Below, piece after piece: positions 30,224 through 34,545 of a stretch of 34,545 bases of DNA (positions are counted from its first letter, which is position 1; each line of letters starts with the position of its first letter). This stretch comes from a virus, in IMG/VR virus record IMGVR_UViG_3300045988_033283, positions 1 to 34,545 of that record, one strand, 5' to 3'. The notes beneath the pieces are model-generated. The model was not told where the DNA came from and did not search any database. It was given only the letters and a program-made list of their open reading frames with translations. The translations under genes and the position numbers were made by a program.

Positions 30224-32905
30224 ATGGCAAGTTTCGGTGGCGCGGTCAAGCTACAAGGTGAGAGCGCGTACCGCGCCGCATTGCGCAACATCACGCAAAA
30301 CCTCAAGGAGGTTTCGTCCGAGCTGAAGCTCGTGTCATCGCAGTACGACAAGAACGACACGAGCATCGAAGCGCTGACCGCCAAGCAGGAGGCGCTCACC
30401 CATCGTCTCGAAGAGCAGAAGTCGAAACTCTCGGTGCTGCGCGAGCAGTACGAGAAGATGGGCGGCGAGTACCAGCAGAACAAGGAGAAGCACGAGCAGC
30501 TGGTCGCCTCGTACAACAAGGAGAAATCCGAGCTTGAGCGCATCGGGCGAGAGCTGGGAACGTCTTCGACCGAGTACAAGCAGCAAGCTGAAGTGGTCGC
30601 GAACCTGAAGGAGCAGGTCGAGAAATCGACGCTCGCCAACGACCAGAACGAGCGCTCCATGTCGCGTATGCGCACGCAGATGAACAGCGCACAGACGGAC
30701 ATCAACAAGACGAAAGCCGACATCAAAGACCTCGAATCGCAGATGGGGAAATCGTCCGATTCGAGCGAGAAGCTAGGCGAAGCCGTCGAGGACGCTGGCG
30801 ATAAGGCACGCAGGGCCGAGGGCGGCTTCACCGTTCTAAAGGGCGCTATCGCGAACCTCGCCGGCAACATCATCACGTCGGCAATCAACGGCGTGCAGAG
30901 CCTTGCGGGCGAAGCAATCAACTCCTCCGATGCCCTGAAGAAGTTCGAGTCGACAATGAGCTTCGCGGGCTACGACGATTCGACAATCTCCAAAGCCAAG
31001 GACGATATGAAGACGTACGCCGACCAGACGGTGTACGACCTCGACACGGTTGCCAACACGACCGCGCAGCTCGCTGCCAACGGCATTCAAGACTACACTG
31101 GGCTGACGCAGGCCGCTGGCAACCTGAACGCCGTCGCTGGCGGCAACGCCGACACGTTCAAGAGCGTGGCGATGGTGCTAACGCAGACGGCTGGCGCAGG
31201 CAAGCTCACGACTGAAAACTGGAACCAGCTCGCTGACGCGATTCCCGGCGCGTCCGGCAAGCTGCAAGAAGCGTTGCAGCAGAACGGCGCGTACACGGGG
31301 AATTTCCGCGACGCTATGGCCCAAGGCCAAATCACGGCTGACGAGTTCAATCAGGCAATCATGAGTCTGGGCTTCACCGACGCTGCCCAGCAGGCCGCTA
31401 CTTCCACGTCAACTTTCGAGGGCGCGATGGGAAACATGCAGGCGGCTGTCACTGATGGTCTCATGCAGATTTACGATGCAATCGGCAGCGAGAACGTCAC
31501 TGGCTTCATCAACACAATCAGCGACGGCGTTTCCAAGGTCATCCCGCCAATCAAGAAAGGCATATCGTGGCTGAAGGACAACCTGCCGACGATAGCGCCG
31601 CTGCTGGCGGGAATCTCCGCAGCGCTGGGCGGCATCATGGTCGCGCAGAAGGTCGAAGCGATGGTAACCGCGTTCAAAAGCTGGAAGACCGCGACCGAAG
31701 GAATGACAGTGGCGCAGCGGCTTCTCAATGCCGCGCAGCTCGCGTCCCCAATCGGGCTGGTGGTCGGGCTTGTCGCCGGGCTTATCGCCGCGATAGTCGT
31801 GCTATGGAACACAAACGAGGGTTTCCGAGATGCGGTCATGAACGTGTGGAACGGCATCAAGGACTTCATCGGCAATGCGGTTCAGGCAATCGGGGACTTC
31901 TTCTCTAACCTCGGCACCACAATCTCGCAGCTGCCGCAGATGTTCGCCGACTGGCTGAACAACGTCATCGCAACGGTCACTGGGTGGGTTTCGAACATGG
32001 CGGCACAGGCGGCTAGCGCAGGCTCGCAGTTCGTGCAGAACGTCGTGAATTTCGTCCAGAACCTTCCGTATAACATCGGCTACCTGCTGGGGACGGTTAT
32101 CGGCAACGTCATCTCGTGGGTTGCCGACATGGCGAGCAACGCCGCTTCGGCTGGCTCGCAGTTCGTGTCGAACGCCATCAACTTCATCCAGAACCTTCCC
32201 GCGAACATCGCTAGCTTCCTGAGCAACGTCATTTCCAACGTCGTCAGCTGGGCTTCGAACATGGCATCCAACGCTTCACGCGCTGGCTCGCAGTTCCTGA
32301 GCAACGCAATCAACTTCGTCTCGCAGCTGCCCGGGCGCATCGCAAACTTCTTGGGCAACGTCATCTCGAACCTCGGCTCGTGGGCCGGGCAGATGGCGAG
32401 CAAGGGCGCAGCGGGCGCAAGGAACATGTTCAACGCGGTGGTCAATGGGCTGTCGTCGCTGCCGGGTCGCGTCCTCAGCATCGGCGGTGACATCGTGCGC
32501 GGCATCTGGGACGGCATCAGCGGTGCCGCTGGATGGCTAGCCGGTCAAGTCAAGAGCTTCGCGTCCGGCATCCTCGACGGCATGAAGGCCGCCCTCGGCA
32601 TCCACTCGCCTTCACGGCTGTTCCGCGACCAAGTCGGCAAGTACATCGCCCAAGGCATCGGCGAGGGCTTCACCGACGAGATGGGAAGCGTTGTCGGTCA
32701 GATGCAGGACGCCATGCCCGACCCTTCGGCTTTCGTGAGCTACCAGCAGATTGCCTACAGCGGCTATTCCGCAGCCGGGACGGTCGCCAATTCAAGCGTC
32801 GTTGACGCTGTTATCGAAGCCCTTGGGCGCGTCCACATCGTTCTCGATGACGAGGTGGCGGGCAAGTTCGTGGAGCGCACGGTCACGAACGCGATTTACG
32901 CATAG
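30224..32905 (+). CDS. Tape measure protein
   Basis: ORF track 893 aa; coiled-coil N-terminus, hydrophobic central segment, tandem repeats; position. Confidence 0.95.
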   Translation: MASFGGAVKLQGESAYRAALRNITQNLKEVSSELKLVSSQYDKNDTSIEALTAKQEALTHRLEEQKSKLSVLREQYEKMGGEYQQNKEKHEQLVASYNKEKSELERIGRELGTSSTEYKQQAEVVANLKEQVEKSTLANDQNERSMSRMRTQMNSAQTDINKTKADIKDLESQMGKSSDSSEKLGEAVEDAGDKARRAEGGFTVLKGAIANLAGNIITSAINGVQSLAGEAINSSDALKKFESTMSFAGYDDSTISKAKDDMKTYADQTVYDLDTVANTTAQLAANGIQDYTGLTQAAGNLNAVAGGNADTFKSVAMVLTQTAGAGKLTTENWNQLADAIPGASGKLQEALQQNGAYTGNFRDAMAQGQITADEFNQAIMSLGFTDAAQQAATSTSTFEGAMGNMQAAVTDGLMQIYDAIGSENVTGFINTISDGVSKVIPPIKKGISWLKDNLPTIAPLLAGISAALGGIMVAQKVEAMVTAFKSWKTATEGMTVAQRLLNAAQLASPIGLVVGLVAGLIAAIVVLWNTNEGFRDAVMNVWNGIKDFIGNAVQAIGDFFSNLGTTISQLPQMFADWLNNVIATVTGWVSNMAAQAASAGSQFVQNVVNFVQNLPYNIGYLLGTVIGNVISWVADMASNAASAGSQFVSNAINFIQNLPANIASFLSNVISNVVSWASNMASNASRAGSQFLSNAINFVSQLPGRIANFLGNVISNLGSWAGQMASKGAAGARNMFNAVVNGLSSLPGRVLSIGGDIVRGIWDGISGAAGWLAGQVKSFASGILDGMKAALGIHSPSRLFRDQVGKYIAQGIGEGFTDEMGSVVGQMQDAMPDPSAFVSYQQIAYSGYSAAGTVANSSVVDAVIEALGRVHIVLDDEVAGKFVERTVTNAIYA
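31988..32515 (+). repeat. Four in-frame tandem 132-bp (44-aa) repeats inside the tape measure gene
   Basis: Units start at 31988, 32120, 32252 and 32384. Consensus xSNMASNAxxAGSQFxSNAINFxQNLPxxIAxFLxNVISNVxSW; the fourth copy is degenerate. Confidence 0.85.
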
Positions 32906-32916
32906 GAGGTGTTTAC

Positions 32917-33993
32917 ATGATTAGCTATATTGAATTGAACGGCGAGAAGAGCACGAACGTCAAAGGTTTGATAATCCAATCCCTCCCGCCGATTACGAAG
33001 CCGAAGATGCGAACGAGCAAAGAGGAAATCGATGGGCGCGACGGAGACATCGTAACAAGGCTGGGATATGCCGCCTACGACAAGGAAGTGAGCATCGGCC
33101 TTCACGGTGACTTCGACGTCGATGATGCGATAGCCTTCCTCGACTCTGATGGGGAGGTCGTTTTCAGCAACGAACCCGACAAGTACTACCGCTATCAGAT
33201 TCTCGACCAAATCGACTTCGAGCGCCTTGTGAGGTTCCGCACGGCGAAGGTTAAGATGCACGTCCAACCGTTCAAGTACGACGCGGTTGACAGGACGTTC
33301 GACATCGTTAACCAGTTCTTGCACGTCGAGGATTCGACGGCGAGTAGATTCGGCATCACAGTGACTTCGAGCGACGGCAGCATCAGGGTAGCCGGGAAGG
33401 CAACTGGCGATGTCGATATCGAGGTTCCAATCGAGAGCATGTCGCTTTCCGGGAACTACACTCTAACGGCTTCGGCTAGCGGCAGCGCCGCTGGGTGCGC
33501 GTTAAGGCTCATCGCTGGGTTCCCTTCGGATGACAGGTCTTTCGGCGGTTCGTATATGGAGCTGAAGAGCAACAGCTATTCCATGATAACCGCAGCGGCA
33601 GACTCCAACGTCGCGTACGATGCGCTGTTGCTCGACATCAAAGCTGGCACTTCGGTCGATTTTACGTTGAGCGCTACCATGGCGAGCAACAGCTTCAACC
33701 AAATCGCCCTGACCAATCGCGGAAACGTCATCTCAAGGCCGACCGTCACGGTGTTCGGCAGCGGCAACGTCGAGCTTGCCGTCAACTCAATCACCGTGCT
33801 GTCGTTCTCGATAGATGACGGATACATCACGATAGACGCTGACGAGATGAATGCGTACCATGGTGACACCCTGATGAACCGGCACGTCACCGGCGATTAC
33901 GCCGACTTGGCTCTGAAGGTCGGCGAGAACGCCATATCGTGGCGCGGAAACGTCACGGAAATCAAGGTCGAGGACTTTTCGAGGTGGGTATGA
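32917..33993 (+). CDS. Distal tail protein (Dit) with a C-terminal extension
   Basis: ORF track 358 aa; N-terminus MISYIELNGEKSTNVKGLIIQSLPPITKPKMRTSKEEIDGRDGD is typical of siphophage Dit; follows the tape measure. Confidence 0.8.
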   Translation: MISYIELNGEKSTNVKGLIIQSLPPITKPKMRTSKEEIDGRDGDIVTRLGYAAYDKEVSIGLHGDFDVDDAIAFLDSDGEVVFSNEPDKYYRYQILDQIDFERLVRFRTAKVKMHVQPFKYDAVDRTFDIVNQFLHVEDSTASRFGITVTSSDGSIRVAGKATGDVDIEVPIESMSLSGNYTLTASASGSAAGCALRLIAGFPSDDRSFGGSYMELKSNSYSMITAAADSNVAYDALLLDIKAGTSVDFTLSATMASNSFNQIALTNRGNVISRPTVTVFGSGNVELAVNSITVLSFSIDDGYITIDADEMNAYHGDTLMNRHVTGDYADLALKVGENAISWRGNVTEIKVEDFSRWV

Positions 33994-34346
33994 TGCGGAC
34001 GAATTTCACAATGGAGGACAAGTACATCCGAATGGTTCGCGGCGATACACTTTCGTTCGGTTTGCAGGTCTATGACGATTCTGGCGAGCCTTTCGACCAA
34101 GACTTGGAGCGAGCCTATTTCACGTGCAAGTCGAACAGCAGCGACAACCGATTCCTTTTCAAGAAGTCGCTTTCGGGCGGCGTTTCCAAGGTAGGCAAGG
34201 GGGCTTACGTCGTGAGGGTCGCACCGAGCGACACCGCCAGCGCGAAGCCCGGGAAGTATTTCTACGACTTCGAAATCGGGTGCAACGGTGACGTTTTCAC
34301 GGTCATGCGCGGCGTTATCGAGATAATGCAGGACATTACTTTCTAG
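33990..34346 (+). CDS. Tail-associated hypothetical protein (118 aa)
   Basis: ATGA overlap with the Dit stop; MVRGDTLSFGLQV...YFTCK...GKYFYDFEI pattern seen in Gram-positive phage tail modules (from memory). Confidence 0.65.
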   Translation: MMRTNFTMEDKYIRMVRGDTLSFGLQVYDDSGEPFDQDLERAYFTCKSNSSDNRFLFKKSLSGGVSKVGKGAYVVRVAPSDTASAKPGKYFYDFEIGCNGDVFTVMRGVIEIMQDITF

Positions 34347-34360
34347 GATGGGGTGTTTGA

Positions 34361-34545
34361 ATGGCGAAGATAGACGAGACCGTCAAGGTGATGATGCTCA
34401 AAGGCGAGCGTGGCGCTGGCATCCAGAAAATCGAGAAGACCGCAAGTTCCGGGCTTGTCGATACCTACACCGCAACTTTTTCGGACGGTACCGCCGCTGG
34501 CAGCTTCACGGTAACCAACGGCGCAAAGGGAGACAAGGGCGAAAA
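34361..34545 (+). CDS. 5' part of the collagen-like tail fibre gene (continues at base 1 of the window)
   Basis: ATG 34361 follows gatggggtg; the frame runs off the window end and is in phase with 3..695. Confidence 0.85.
   Translation, partial: MAKIDETVKVMMLKGERGAGIQKIEKTASSGLVDTYTATFSDGTAAGSFTVTNGAKGDKGE
34434..34545. repeat. Second copy of the 112-bp terminal duplication
   Basis: Identical to 1-112. Confidence 0.95.

Noticed and set aside
1-34545. Looked for tRNA genes, a reverse transcriptase/DGR near the fibre genes, toxin-antitoxin pairs and known defence systems
   Set aside because: No cloverleaf-like sequences with a T-loop consensus, no RT motifs and no recognisable toxin or defence domains were seen. 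The only recombinase is the integrase.

Overview
This window is a complete temperate siphovirus-type phage genome of about 34.4 kb, written as a linearised circle. The first 112 bp are identical to the last 112 bp, and a collagen-like tail-fibre gene wraps across that junction. Every gene except the integrase and the repressor is on the + strand. Gene order: (1) fibre and baseplate genes (1-5494); (2) a bidirectional terminator, an attP-like palindrome, a large serine integrase and an XRE-type repressor on the - strand (5505-7385); (3) a divergent promoter/operator switch; (4) early and recombination genes (Cro-like, Gp157-like, Rad52-type annealase, SSB, NinB-like, HTH, DUF1064-like), ending at a strong terminator (11092-11134); (5) an AT-rich orphan gene, a replisome organiser with internal iterons, a DnaC-like loader and a sigma-region-4-like regulator; (6) a block of small genes that includes four copies of a conserved promoter/leader cassette, a very GC-rich structured spacer and RusA; (7) a lysis cassette (membrane protein, holin, GH25 endolysin with cell-wall-binding repeats); (8) HNH endonuclease, a repeat-rich cos-like spacer, a ParB-methyltransferase fusion, terS, terL, HK97-type portal, protease and capsid, connectors, major tail protein, frameshifted chaperones, tape measure and Dit. 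I saw no tRNA, CRISPR array, reverse transcriptase or known defence system. The host is probably a monoderm, fairly GC-rich Firmicute; this is an inference from the endolysin and holin types, the lack of spanins and the base composition. The most unusual feature is the repeated, terminator-insulated promoter/leader cassette, each copy carrying a different micro-ORF (13595-14620 and 18350-18680). Next to it lies a roughly 72% GC structured non-coding stretch (14744-14901). All functional calls come from motif recognition by eye, not from database searches.
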